A DNA stretch of 64,000 nt from Alphaproteobacteria bacterium. Its GTDB lineage: Bacteria > Pseudomonadota > Alphaproteobacteria > RF32 > CAG-239. Made by a program: the position numbers and the translations under genes. A model generated the notes under the pieces. It had not been told where the DNA came from and did not search any database. It saw only the letters and a program-made list of their open reading frames with translations. Each line of letters starts with the position of its first letter. Position 1 is the first letter of the stretch. Of the stretch, positions 31,206-41,529 are shown piece after piece. The stretch lies in assembly GCA_045659785.1 (NCBI GenBank), contig JAZRCM010000003.1:31982-95981 (forward strand). Reading direction: 5' to 3'.

Positions 31206-31970
31206 ATGGTACAAAAAACTTTTGAAGAATATAAGCAGGAAATGCGCGATTATTATACTTTATCCGAAAGAGAACGTTGCGGAAAAATAGTCCCCGGCGA
31301 AAAAACAACTTCAGATATGAGTATTCAAGAGATAACCGACGGACTATATGCAAATTTTCCTAAAAAACCGACTTTAAGCGATAAAATGGCAAAATGTTAT
31401 GCTTATTGGTATCTTTCCGAATTGCCTATGTCTGAAGTTTATTATCACGATTGGCGTAAACAGTTAAAATCTTGTATCAACGAGTTACCGGAAAACAATC
31501 CTGATAATGACGGCAGACTGTTCTTTTTGTTGTGCTCTCTGCAACGAGCTAAAGGAAATAATAGTGGTGAGGCTTTCAAATATGCAGAAAAAATAGTGAA
31601 AAAACTTACCAAGAAAAATAAAACTCATCCTAAAGTACAACAAATTGTAGGAGAACTGGCGAAACCTTACTATCACGAATTGTTAGAAAATGCAAATAAC
31701 GAGAAAAACTTTGCTAATTATCAAGAACACATAAAAGCTTTTGATAAAGTTATTCCGGTTATGCTAAAACTTCCGGAAGGTTCAAGATATAAGGCATCTC
31801 AAGAGTTATTGCAAAAGATGTATCCTGTTTATCAGCAAAGCGAATGGGGTAGAAACGAGTTCGGCTATAAACGTAAATCTATCAGACATCGAGTTTATGA
31901 AAGCATGTCAGAAACGACTAAACTTCACATGCGTAACCAAAAAGCAAAAAACGATTGGTTGTATAAATAA
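31206..31970 (+). CDS. Hypothetical protein (254 aa)
   Basis: ORF only. Lys-rich. Confidence 0.4.
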   Translation: MVQKTFEEYKQEMRDYYTLSERERCGKIVPGEKTTSDMSIQEITDGLYANFPKKPTLSDKMAKCYAYWYLSELPMSEVYYHDWRKQLKSCINELPENNPDNDGRLFFLLCSLQRAKGNNSGEAFKYAEKIVKKLTKKNKTHPKVQQIVGELAKPYYHELLENANNEKNFANYQEHIKAFDKVIPVMLKLPEGSRYKASQELLQKMYPVYQQSEWGRNEFGYKRKSIRHRVYESMSETTKLHMRNQKAKNDWLYK

Positions 31971-32142
31971 TACATATTTAAGCATCATCGCAAAAATTTT
32001 TAATTTTCATGGCAATTCATACTCGGAATCGTCATTACGAAGCCCTTTAGGGCTGTGGCAATCCAGTTAAGAAAATAAGCATCTTGTCCTAGATTGCTTC
32101 GCAAGGACTTATACCCGCTCGCAAAGACGAGAGGAGCGAGCG

Positions 32143-32249
32143 GAGAATGGCTTGGATAAAGTTAAAATAAAAAGAGAAAAAATTTTAGTGTATACAGAAA
32201 TACATGAATTTTTTCTCTTTGAAATTTTGGCTTTATCCAAGCCATTCTC
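32143..32249. repeat. Long nested inverted repeat / ~107-nt near-perfect hairpin (outer 19-bp arms gagaatggcttggataaag / ctttatccaagccattctc, inner arms aaaagagaaaaaatt / aattttttctcttt)
   Basis: Seen directly in the sequence. Lies immediately downstream (minus-strand sense) of the 32252 stop and next to a GC-rich block at 32040..32142 with direct repeats TCGCAAgGAC. Confidence 0.7.
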
Positions 32250-32251
32250 CG

Positions 32252-33013
32252 CTATTTTAAGCGAGTTTTGAGCTTGTTCCACCCTGTATTCTGTTTTTTA
32301 ACCTCAGCTTCTTGTTTTTTTACTTTTTCGGTAGCTTTTTCTTCCCATTTACGAATAGGCTCTTTAGATTTATAAACCATTTTTCTTTGGCTTTCGTTTT
32401 GAATTACACCGACAGGCATAAGCTGATTTAACAGAGCCGGAGATACAAATTCCTGATGTTTAGTTTGAAGATTTTTCACCAAAGCATCAACAAGCTCTGC
32501 AGATGGTTTGAAGTTATATGCACTTATACTTCCGGCATAAAAGATTACAAACGCGTGGCAAGGAGAAGACAAAAGAACATCGGTATAGTCAACACCGCGA
32601 ATAAAACGCAAAATCACTTTAGGCTGAACCTCGCATTGTTCGGCTTCTTCAAAATTAACCGCTGTCGGATTAGCAAAAAAACTTGCAGCCAAAGTATCAC
32701 GAACGGTTTGGTTCAACATTCCGCAAAAGCCTCTAATCGGAAAGCCGTCTAATGTATATCCTTTATGTTCGCCATCTTGGGGAAAAACTTCATAACAAAA
32801 AATCTGCTCAGCTTCAAAAATATTTTTCATCGCAATCGAACCGGACAAGTTCTCAAATTGGTACAAAGGTTTCAGCTCAGGTGGTGCTTGTTCTTCTCTG
32901 GTCCAACTGTTACTTTGTTGTTGAGGTTCTAAAGAAACATCTCCACCCCAAATCCCTTGTGCAAAGGCAGAAAAAGAAAACAAGACTGTTACCAATAAAA
33001 CTTTATAGAACAT
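32252..33013 (-). CDS. Secreted hypothetical protein (start at MFYKVLLVTVLFSFSAFA)
   Basis: Signal peptide, Lys-rich C-terminus. Last gene of the prepilin-like operon. Confidence 0.5.
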   Translation of the reverse strand: MFYKVLLVTVLFSFSAFAQGIWGGDVSLEPQQQSNSWTREEQAPPELKPLYQFENLSGSIAMKNIFEAEQIFCYEVFPQDGEHKGYTLDGFPIRGFCGMLNQTVRDTLAASFFANPTAVNFEEAEQCEVQPKVILRFIRGVDYTDVLLSSPCHAFVIFYAGSISAYNFKPSAELVDALVKNLQTKHQEFVSPALLNQLMPVGVIQNESQRKMVYKSKEPIRKWEEKATEKVKKQEAEVKKQNTGWNKLKTRLK

Positions 33014-33132
33014 CAAAATTCTCCCCAAATAATTATCTGTTTTCTATTATAAATAGATAGAAGATATTTTACAAGCAAAAACACAAACAAAAAGCCCTCG
33101 ATTTTCTCGAGGACTTTTTGTTGTAGCTCAAA

Positions 33133-36100
33133 CTACCACGGATCATCATATTTAAGCTTCGGATCGTTCAGACGATTGAGATATTCTGTACCGTTACCTC
33201 TGTCACCTTTTTCATATGAATTTATAGATCCTGCCCCAAATGCTTCAAGTTGGTTATAATCCTTATCAACTTCTGCAGCTGTATAATTTTCATCACTCCT
33301 GTCAAAATAGCAATATACAGTAGCATAACCTTCTATTTGTCTATAATATACAGGGAACAAATTCCACCATACATTCTGCGACCCGGCACCTCCGCCCATA
33401 TATTCAGCATAATAACTTTCGGGATATATAAAGCCCATTACAGCACCCCAGCCCCAAAAGTATGGATTTGTTTCATCTCCATCTTCCTTAAATTTACAAC
33501 CGGTTCCTCCTTCTGAGCCGTAACACGGCAATACCATCGAGCGTAACCATGTACTCTTTTGAAATGTAAGCGGGGTAATATCGGAGAAAGATTTCTCTCC
33601 GGCTATAATTTTTTCAACGGTATCTAAATATTCATTCGGATTTGTTATTTGGTTTACATCAATCGTATTATCCTCTTTCTTATAAGGAAGACCTGCTTGT
33701 GCCATAGCCCAGCCTGACGGAGTTAATGTTGCAACTTTTGCATATAAAGGAGGACATTTCGGGGTTGGAATAAATCCGGCATACTCCGAAACTTCTTGTT
33801 CCATAGAAACTTCCGCACCACCATACGCTAAATCATTACCTTCGGGACTTGGAGCATTTTTTCCATCAGCCCATTCCGTACCTTTTGCATACGAAGTATC
33901 AACCAAATATATACCCTTATTGATAAAGTCAGGCAAAATGTCGCTCAGACGAGCCCCACCGCGAGTTGTCAATTTAATATCATGCATTACTGAAGTATAT
34001 GCAGGATTAACTTCATAACCATCATATGCGACAGGATCAGTAGCATGATGATTTGCGGATGCAGCAACCTCAAGTTTCTCTGTAAAATTCAAACCTTGAG
34101 GTTTATAGTGTGAGATAAATCTATCTGCAGCTATATAACCGACAGCATCTTTTTTATTTTTATATTGTCCATCAATAGCAGCATTGGTCAAGTTGCGATC
34201 ATACCCTACAGGAATATCTGTACCTGTTGATTTATCATAATTGCTTTCTAAAGCTATAGCCCCCTTCCTTATATACACAGAACCATGGCTTTCAGCATTA
34301 TCCGGAACATATGTCGCATTTTGGTGGCTATCCACTACTAATAACTTATCTTTCTTTTTTATATCCCTAGTTTCATCATCTATTGTAGACCTTATTTCAA
34401 AACGCCCAATATTAGCATAAATTGCAGCATCACGACCATGTCCTTCTTGCTTAGTAATATTGTCACTACTACTGGCTATATGCGAATAATTATAATCATA
34501 TATAGCCATACCACCTGTCATTTTAATACTTGCACCATAATCAGGATACCACGACGTTCCTGCACTGGGACCACTTCCTCCACCAGCAACAGGAAACGCT
34601 TCAAATACCGGCTCTCCGTTTTTCGCTCCAACAATAAAGGCTGTATCTCCTACATACATTCTACCATGAAGTGTTCTACTCCACCAAGCTCTCCAATACT
34701 TATCTGAATTTTTCTTTTCATTTGTAGTATCGATTTGTGTTGAGAAAATATTAAAACTGTCCACAACTTGATCTATTGTATCAAAGTAGCTTCCTCCATT
34801 ATAATCTCGGCGCCTCCAAGCTCTAAACATGACATCATTGATTGATACAGGAGCATCAGTTGCAATATTATTATTTGTACCAGTATATGCGGACAAAAAT
34901 ACACCTTTTAAGCCACCGATTCTGACTGTATTGTCGTCAGGGAAAGCATCTTCATCGACAGTAAAAGATTCTGCTGTCGTCGAATTACCTTTTTCATACG
35001 TCATAAAACCTGTATTACCTGCAGCAATATCAATACCTCTTGCTCCTTCCAAGGCATCTGCGGTACTGATAGAAACACCACCGGGGATAACTCTTCCTGT
35101 ATTGTCAGTAGTTTCTCCATCGGCAATGGTCATCATCGGAATTTCATTTGTACCGACAATAAAGCTACCACCATAATCGTGGGGACCGATTTGTTCACTT
35201 TTTGCCACAATATAGAACTCATTATCATCTGTTGCAGCATTAAACGCTGCCCGGTCAATACCTGCACGTAAAGTTCCTGCATCAACATCATAGGCCTTTA
35301 GTTTGCCGGCGAGCATTGTGTCTTTAACAAAGGCAGAACCATTGATTGAAACCTCATATTTTCCTGTTTTTTCTGTTTCATAACGAGGCGCTCCTCCTTC
35401 CCATACATAAGTACTACGACCTCCTTCATGAGCTGTTGCATTACCTGCCGCATCTTTTTTGATAACGGTGTACCAATCTGTTCCGTCTTTAGTCATATTT
35501 AAGTTTCCGTCACCGGCACGGAAATTAGTCTTGTCTGCATACAGCGATTCTACACCTGCTTGTGCAGGAGTTCCTCCATTTGCAGGAACGGCTGAAGTTC
35601 CAAAACTCATACTACCTGCAGATTTTACGGTTAACTTAGCTTTTCCCGCTCCGGGGTCGCCATAAACCAACTCTGCCCCATCAATTTTTAATGTCGGATC
35701 ATTTGCACGAGTCGTGGTGGTTGTCGTATTTCCGGTATTCGGATCTGTTGTTGATGTACTATTGGTGCCATAATACTTAATACCGTCTTCTTTTACTGTA
35801 AACAGTGAGTTCATGGCTTGTAATGCACCTTCCATATAAGCACCACCGCCTTTAGCAATGTATAATGCTTTATTTAAAGTGTTGCTATATCCTCCCGGAT
35901 CAAGAGTATCTGTCGGAGTATCTCCGGTTCGTTCCGAATTATCGCCATCATCTCCACCAACCATTCTTGATTCATCCGGATGCATAATGATTTGGTTTAC
36001 AAAACGAATATTTCTGGTATCGCCGAGAGTATATCCCATAAATAAATCGGTTTCCATCGTATTTAATTCATCATCTGCGTCAGGTTCGTTTTTACGGTGC

Positions 36101-36816
36101 AAAACATCTTCATTTGCCAAGCCTTGTGAAGAAATCGGCTGAACCGACGATACCACAAAAGTATTATCAGCCAAAGTTACACCATCAAACTCAGAAGTCG
36201 GAACACTCCAAATACCTTGAGCACCCATAGCAACCTGTCCGCCATCTTCCGTAATCACATAACCGCCATTACTACCTATCATACTGGCAATACGAGAAGC
36301 ACGAACATTACCTATTTCATCGGGAATTTTCGGAGTTGCAGTAACAAAACCGGTCAATGTTTGGCTCATTACTTTATCGACACCACCAACATTTTTTATA
36401 TCACTCTCAAGTTTGATAATAACATTATATTCATCATCAAAGAGTTTGGTTTCCCTGGGAGTACCATCGGCATTCAAAAAACCATAAGGCAAATAATCCA
36501 AAAAATGAGAAATACTCAAAGGTCCGACTTGTCCCGTTTCTGCTCCTTTGAAAGTTGCGAAATCAACTTCATTTCCCGCACTATTGGTTATTTTTTCGCC
36601 CTTGGTAATGCGAGCAAAATTGTCCTTCAAATAGCTGTCTATTGCTGTCGACAAGGCTCTCATTTGTGCCGAAGCATTAACATCTTGCAACTCTACGGTT
36701 CGCTCCGACGCCTTTTTGTACAGCACAGGAGTAACCATGGCTATCAAGCCCAACATAGCCATTGCCTCAACCAGCAATGTACCTGTTTCGTTAACTTTTT
36801 TCAGTATCTTTTTCAT
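33133..36816 (-). CDS. Giant (1227 aa) type IV prepilin-like protein: 12-aa leader ending in Gly, then TLLVEAMAMLGLIAMVTPVLY (Glu at +5), then a large Gly/Thr/Asp-rich extracellular region with a Thr tract and a C-terminal Cys-containing aromatic-rich domain
   Basis: N-terminal prepilin peptidase cleavage/methylation motif (G|TLLVE) read directly. No ATPase, platform protein or prepilin peptidase in the window. Confidence 0.7.
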   Translation of the reverse strand: MKKILKKVNETGTLLVEAMAMLGLIAMVTPVLYKKASERTVELQDVNASAQMRALSTAIDSYLKDNFARITKGEKITNSAGNEVDFATFKGAETGQVGPLSISHFLDYLPYGFLNADGTPRETKLFDDEYNVIIKLESDIKNVGGVDKVMSQTLTGFVTATPKIPDEIGNVRASRIASMIGSNGGYVITEDGGQVAMGAQGIWSVPTSEFDGVTLADNTFVVSSVQPISSQGLANEDVLHRKNEPDADDELNTMETDLFMGYTLGDTRNIRFVNQIIMHPDESRMVGGDDGDNSERTGDTPTDTLDPGGYSNTLNKALYIAKGGGAYMEGALQAMNSLFTVKEDGIKYYGTNSTSTTDPNTGNTTTTTTRANDPTLKIDGAELVYGDPGAGKAKLTVKSAGSMSFGTSAVPANGGTPAQAGVESLYADKTNFRAGDGNLNMTKDGTDWYTVIKKDAAGNATAHEGGRSTYVWEGGAPRYETEKTGKYEVSINGSAFVKDTMLAGKLKAYDVDAGTLRAGIDRAAFNAATDDNEFYIVAKSEQIGPHDYGGSFIVGTNEIPMMTIADGETTDNTGRVIPGGVSISTADALEGARGIDIAAGNTGFMTYEKGNSTTAESFTVDEDAFPDDNTVRIGGLKGVFLSAYTGTNNNIATDAPVSINDVMFRAWRRRDYNGGSYFDTIDQVVDSFNIFSTQIDTTNEKKNSDKYWRAWWSRTLHGRMYVGDTAFIVGAKNGEPVFEAFPVAGGGSGPSAGTSWYPDYGASIKMTGGMAIYDYNYSHIASSSDNITKQEGHGRDAAIYANIGRFEIRSTIDDETRDIKKKDKLLVVDSHQNATYVPDNAESHGSVYIRKGAIALESNYDKSTGTDIPVGYDRNLTNAAIDGQYKNKKDAVGYIAADRFISHYKPQGLNFTEKLEVAASANHHATDPVAYDGYEVNPAYTSVMHDIKLTTRGGARLSDILPDFINKGIYLVDTSYAKGTEWADGKNAPSPEGNDLAYGGAEVSMEQEVSEYAGFIPTPKCPPLYAKVATLTPSGWAMAQAGLPYKKEDNTIDVNQITNPNEYLDTVEKIIAGEKSFSDITPLTFQKSTWLRSMVLPCYGSEGGTGCKFKEDGDETNPYFWGWGAVMGFIYPESYYAEYMGGGAGSQNVWWNLFPVYYRQIEGYATVYCYFDRSDENYTAAEVDKDYNQLEAFGAGSINSYEKGDRGNGTEYLNRLNDPKLKYDDPW

Positions 36817-36832
36817 TTTTTAGTCTCCTGCC

Positions 36833-37687
36833 TTAAAATGTCGACATATAGATTAAACAATATTCGCATTGCTTATAATAAGCATCGCTACCTTCTTCTT
36901 CATCAGGTCCAACAGGTGTTGAATCTCTACCGCTTCCGCAAACATGATTAAACGATCTGTCTGCGGCAATACCCGGCAAATTGAAATCACTCATATATTC
37001 CGGAATTGAATAGTAGTTTCTGCTTCCCTGCCCTACAATACCATAATCTGTTCCCAACGTATCATAATCCACTTCAACTAAGTGTCCGTCTTTATCATGT
37101 ATTGTACCGCCTCCAGTAGTCGGTTTATCTTTTTCTTTATTAACCACATAACCGAATCCGTTGACATAGCCTAAGGTATCTTTCATCGCATTAAGCAACT
37201 CGGCACTGGGTTTGCCGGTTTTAATATCGCGCCACTTATACGGAACACATCCGTATGTCACCAAATAAACAATCCTATTTTTTGCCGCACAACAATTTGC
37301 TACTGTTGGAGGCGTAGGATTTGCGGGATCTCCCCCCCCTGTTTGACAATCAGACGGCAAAGCAGAATGTCCGTCACTGTTTTTATCTAAACAATAAATC
37401 GCGGTGGTAAAAGTTGCCGTTCCGGAATCTTTTTTGAAACCGTAAGGAGCATACCCTTTCAAATTATCCATGGTAACCTCTCCGGCTTCAAAACCGATAC
37501 CACCGTCAGCTCCGCTTTTACGATTCTTATGAACATATTTCATTGCGGCACGATGTTGAGTATATATTTTGGTAACTACATTTTGGGCTTGAGGCTCGAC
37601 AAACAAATGCTTCATGTCCGGCCGCAAAGACGTGGACATAAAAGCTATCGCCGTAATGAAAGTTGCAATAATTACCCAAAGATACAT
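36833..37687 (-). CDS. Signal-anchored Gly/Tyr/Cys-rich protein (284 aa), first gene of the prepilin-like operon
   Basis: N-terminal hydrophobic segment MYLWVIIATFITAIAFM. An in-frame stop lies 2 codons upstream of the ATG. Separated from the downstream giant gene by 16 nt. Confidence 0.5.
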   Translation of the reverse strand: MYLWVIIATFITAIAFMSTSLRPDMKHLFVEPQAQNVVTKIYTQHRAAMKYVHKNRKSGADGGIGFEAGEVTMDNLKGYAPYGFKKDSGTATFTTAIYCLDKNSDGHSALPSDCQTGGGDPANPTPPTVANCCAAKNRIVYLVTYGCVPYKWRDIKTGKPSAELLNAMKDTLGYVNGFGYVVNKEKDKPTTGGGTIHDKDGHLVEVDYDTLGTDYGIVGQGSRNYYSIPEYMSDFNLPGIAADRSFNHVCGSGRDSTPVGPDEEEGSDAYYKQCEYCLIYMSTF

Positions 37688-37890
37688 GTCTTACCCCAAA
37701 AATATACACTAATCACTATTGTGAGTGTATCATAAATATTTTTCAAATAAAAGCACTGAATGGTTAATATATACTAAAATTCATATATCTGTAACAAAAT
37801 TTTTACATTTTCAAGCCATCCAAAAATAAATATTGTTATGTGAGTAAATATTGGGTAAAATACCCGCATAAAACAATCACGGATGTCAAA

Positions 37891-38691
37891 ATGAACAACA
37901 AAAGCGATATATCGGTCAGCAACTTACTATCAGCAGAAGAGATAACCGCCCTTTTAAGCGGTCATAAAAAAAACGAAACCAATAATATTTTATCCTTTTT
38001 TGCCTCTTCGGAATATAAGCAAAAAGCTGATACCTACGCACAAAAAATCAACAAGAAATTGTTGGAAATATATCGCATTGATGCAAGCATCACTCCGATT
38101 ACTCCCTCTTTGGATAGCAATGATTTTTTTATCGTTTTTTCGATAGAAAATAACGAACAATCAGGAAAGATTTTGCTGTCAAAAACTTTTTGCTCAAACA
38201 TTATCAATCTCGTTTTAGGCGGAAAATCGCAAAACGAAGATATAACCAAAACACCTACCACAATTAAAATTATCGAAAATATTGCTAAAGTATTTTGTGA
38301 AGAAGTAATTTCCGAAAATACAAAAATAACGATATCCGAACCCAAAAACAATATTACAAACATTTGTGCGGAAAATTGTTTTTCATTTACCTTGTCAGAA
38401 GACGGAGTATTTTGCTTTATTTTTCCGGAAATACAAATCAATGAAGATATACATTATGAAGAAAATCAACCTTTTAGCGATGACATACCGCTAAAATTAA
38501 GTGCCGTTGCCAAGCAATCCGAAATAACATTACAAAACCTGTCAACATGGAAAGTCGGAGACTTTTTACCCATAGGTATTGAAAAAAATGCAGAAATATC
38601 TATACTATGTGAAAACAAACCGTTATTTAGAGCCGTTATGGGGCAAAAAAATAATCATATCGCTATCAAAATAACCAAGAAAGAGAAGTAA
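37891..38691 (+). CDS. fliM: Flagellar motor switch protein, FliM-like (short): N-terminal CheY-P binding motif LLSAEEITALL and a C-terminal SpoA (FliN/FliM) domain
   Basis: LSxEEIxALL N-motif, and a C-terminal WKVGDFLPIG...ISILCENKPLFRAVMGQ matching the FliN/SpoA consensus. The ORF track starts 17 codons earlier, at 37840. Confidence 0.55.
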   Translation: MNNKSDISVSNLLSAEEITALLSGHKKNETNNILSFFASSEYKQKADTYAQKINKKLLEIYRIDASITPITPSLDSNDFFIVFSIENNEQSGKILLSKTFCSNIINLVLGGKSQNEDITKTPTTIKIIENIAKVFCEEVISENTKITISEPKNNITNICAENCFSFTLSEDGVFCFIFPEIQINEDIHYEENQPFSDDIPLKLSAVAKQSEITLQNLSTWKVGDFLPIGIEKNAEISILCENKPLFRAVMGQKNNHIAIKITKKEK

Positions 38692-38692
38692 A

Positions 38693-39130
38693 ATGAATAA
38701 TATAGAATTAGCAATCAACATAGTTGTTATCGTACTTTTAATTGCCACCATAATCTGTATTTGGCGTTTCAGTCGCAATTTATCTGTTTTGCGAAACAAA
38801 CACGATAGTTTGCAAAATTTGGTATTAGCATTAAACACAGCTGCCGACAAGGCTAATAACGCCATAAACGGATTGAAGTCTGCGGTAAATGAAGCTTCTT
38901 ACAATGTAGATATAGCGATTGAAAAAGCTAAAGTGGCAGAAGAAAATTTACAAAAAGCGACTCGTAATTTTGCAAAAGAAACCGATTATTCTTATCCGAC
39001 ATCTACTCCGCAAAATCGCTTGGCAAAAAACATTCAAAAACAATATGAACCAAGTTTTGAAGATGATAATATGGAAGAAAAATCAGAATCGGAAATAGAA
39101 TTGTTAAAAGTTCTGCGTTCTATCAGATAG
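38693..39130 (+). CDS. Membrane-anchored coiled-coil protein (145 aa), possibly flagellar-associated
   Basis: Single N-terminal TM followed by a coiled coil. Translationally coupled to the fliM-like gene. Confidence 0.35.
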   Translation: MNNIELAINIVVIVLLIATIICIWRFSRNLSVLRNKHDSLQNLVLALNTAADKANNAINGLKSAVNEASYNVDIAIEKAKVAEENLQKATRNFAKETDYSYPTSTPQNRLAKNIQKQYEPSFEDDNMEEKSESEIELLKVLRSIR

Positions 39131-39140
39131 GAGAGAAATC

Positions 39141-39533
39141 TTGTCGGCAAAACACTTAAAAACATTATTCACATTGCTTATCTTTACCGCATCACTGCTT
39201 GTCGGAATAAAAATATTTGTCATAGTTGCTGACTTTTATCATAGACAACCTGAAATAAAACCGGACACTTGTCTGATGCAAAATTATGATGAACTCTATC
39301 AAATCAGCAATGAACTGGAAGCTCGCCGGCTTGAAATCGAAACCAAAACCGATGTATTAAATGCGTTAAGCGCAGAAATTGACGATAAATTGGAGATGTT
39401 GCAACAGGCAGAAGACAACTTTTTGCAAATGATAAAAACACATAACGACAATTTACAAAACAATGTTTCGGTAACGACAGATGCCGAAACAGAAACCGTT
39501 ATAATCGAAATCGGCAATACCGATGAGCAATAA
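39141..39533 (+). CDS. Membrane-anchored coiled-coil protein (130 aa), possibly flagellar-associated
   Basis: Single TM plus a coiled coil. Its stop overlaps the uvrB start. Confidence 0.35.
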   Translation: MSAKHLKTLFTLLIFTASLLVGIKIFVIVADFYHRQPEIKPDTCLMQNYDELYQISNELEARRLEIETKTDVLNALSAEIDDKLEMLQQAEDNFLQMIKTHNDNLQNNVSVTTDAETETVIIEIGNTDEQ

Positions 39534-41529
39534 ATTCAAAATCAACAGCCCTTTTGAACCGGCAGGCGACCAACCGCAAGCAATATTCGAGCTTTGCACA
39601 GGGTTAAAGCAAGGAATAAGAAACCAAGTTTTGTTAGGTGTTACCGGATCCGGAAAAACTTTCACAATGGCAAAAATAATTGAGCAATGCCAAAGACCTG
39701 CTCTGATAATGGCTCCCAACAAAATATTGGCAGCCCAACTTTACAGCGAAATGAAAGAATTTTTCCCTAACAATAACGTTGAATATTTTGTGTCGTATTA
39801 TGACTACTATCAACCGGAAGCCTACGTGCCTAAAACCGATACTTATATTGAAAAAGATTCGGCAATCAACGAACAGATCGACCGTATGCGAAATGCCGCA
39901 ACTCGCAGTATTCTTGAAAACAGAGATGTAATTATTGTCGCCTCGGTATCCTGCATATACGGTTTAGGTGATGTCGCTTCTTATTCGGCAATGACCTGTG
40001 AATTAAAAGTAGGAGATGAGGTAGAAACTTCCGATGTTTGTCGCCGCTTAGCCGAGTTACAATATGAACGCAATCAGCAAAATTTTGTTCGTACAACCTT
40101 TCGAGTTCAGGGAGATACATTAGATATTTTTCCGGCACACTACGAAGATAGAGCATGGCGAATTTCTTTTTTTGGTGATGAGATTGAAAACATTTATGAA
40201 TTTGATGCTCTAACCGGTAAAAAAATTGTAGATTTGGAACGTATCGTTGTTTATCCGGCAAGTCACTATGTAACCCCTCGCCCTACATTATCACAAGCAA
40301 TAACCGGCATCAAAAAAGAACTTGAAGAACAATTACAAATCTATCGTAACAGCAATCAACTTCTGGAAGCTCAAAGACTGGAACAACGAACCAGATTTGA
40401 TTTGGAAATGTTGGAAACTTCCGGACATTGTAAAGGAATCGAAAATTATTCCCGTTATTTAACCGGGCGTTCAGCCGGAGAACCACCTCCCACTTTATTT
40501 GAATATTTGCCGCCTGATGCACTCCTGTTTATTGATGAAAGTCATATATCGGTTCCGCAAATAGGCGGAATGTTCAGGGGGGACAGAAACAGAAAATCCA
40601 CACTGGCTCAATATGGTTTTCGTTTGCCATCATGCTTGGACAATCGTCCGCTAAAATTAGAAGAATGGGAACAAATGCGTCCGCAAACAATTTTTGTTTC
40701 AGCCACCCCCGGAGATTGGGAACTTGAACAAAGTCAAGGATGCTTCGCTGAGCAAGTTATTCGTCCTACCGGTCTTGCCGATCCGATATGTATTGTTCGT
40801 CCGGTAGAAAATCAAATTGACGATTTGATGGAAGAATGCCGCAAAACTATTTTGAAGAAAGAACGTGTTTTAGTAACTACACTTACCAAAAAAATGGCGG
40901 AAGATTTAACCGAATATCTCAATGAAAACGGTATCAAAGTTCGTTATATGCACTCGGATATAGACACTTTGGAAAGAATAGAAATCATTAGAGATTTACG
41001 ACTTGGAGTTTTTGATGTTTTAGTCGGAATCAACTTGTTAAGAGAAGGACTTGATATTCCCGAATGTTCGTTAGTGGCAATTCTTGATGCAGATAAGGAA
41101 GGGTTTTTACGTTCTGCACGCTCTCTTATTCAAACCATCGGTCGTGCGGCAAGAAACGCCGAAAGCAAAGTGATTCTTTATGCCGACAAAATTACAAAAT
41201 CGATAAAAGAAGCTCTTGATGAAACATCCAGAAGAAGAGAAAAACAACTTAAATTCAACATTGAACACGGAATAACCCCGCAAACAATCAAGAAAAGCAT
41301 TTCATCAACATTGCGAGAAATGAGCGAAACCGATTATGCCAAAAATGAACCGATAAACAAAGGCGATGCAAAAGATATCGAAAAACAAATAAAAGAATAT
41401 ACTAAACTTATGAGAGAAGCTGCTGCCAATTTAGAATTTGAACAAGCAGTTATTTATCGTGACAAGATAAAATCATTGGAACATTTGGCAATGCGAATAT
41501 ATGACAACAGCATATATGAAAACGGCTAA
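39523..41529 (+). CDS. uvrB: Excinuclease ABC subunit B
   Basis: GVTGSGKT Walker A, helicase motifs, and a C-terminal UvrB/UvrC interaction motif ([12 protein letters not shown]). Confidence 0.95.
   Translation: MSNKFKINSPFEPAGDQPQAIFELCTGLKQGIRNQVLLGVTGSGKTFTMAKIIEQCQRPALIMAPNKILAAQLYSEMKEFFPNNNVEYFVSYYDYYQPEAYVPKTDTYIEKDSAINEQIDRMRNAATRSILENRDVIIVASVSCIYGLGDVASYSAMTCELKVGDEVETSDVCRRLAELQYERNQQNFVRTTFRVQGDTLDIFPAHYEDRAWRISFFGDEIENIYEFDALTGKKIVDLERIVVYPASHYVTPRPTLSQAITGIKKELEEQLQIYRNSNQLLEAQRLEQRTRFDLEMLETSGHCKGIENYSRYLTGRSAGEPPPTLFEYLPPDALLFIDESHISVPQIGGMFRGDRNRKSTLAQYGFRLPSCLDNRPLKLEEWEQMRPQTIFVSATPGDWELEQSQGCFAEQVIRPTGLADPICIVRPVENQIDDLMEECRKTILKKERVLVTTLTKKMAEDLTEYLNENGIKVRYMHSDIDTLERIEIIRDLRLGVFDVLVGINLLREGLDIPECSLVAILDADKEGFLRSARSLIQTIGRAARNAESKVILYADKITKSIKEALDETSRRREKQLKFNIEHGITPQTIKKSISSTLREMSETDYAKNEPINKGDAKDIEKQIKEYTKLMREAAANLEFEQAVIYRDKIKSLEHLAMRIYDNSIYENG

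Noticed and set aside
33250-36951. + strand ORFs antisense to the giant prepilin gene (33250..33516, 34438..34707, 34829..35176, 35459..35665, 35858..36142, 36217..36951)
   Set aside because: They are embedded antisense to a long coding gene with a coherent domain structure, and have Ser/Thr/Ile low-complexity translations.
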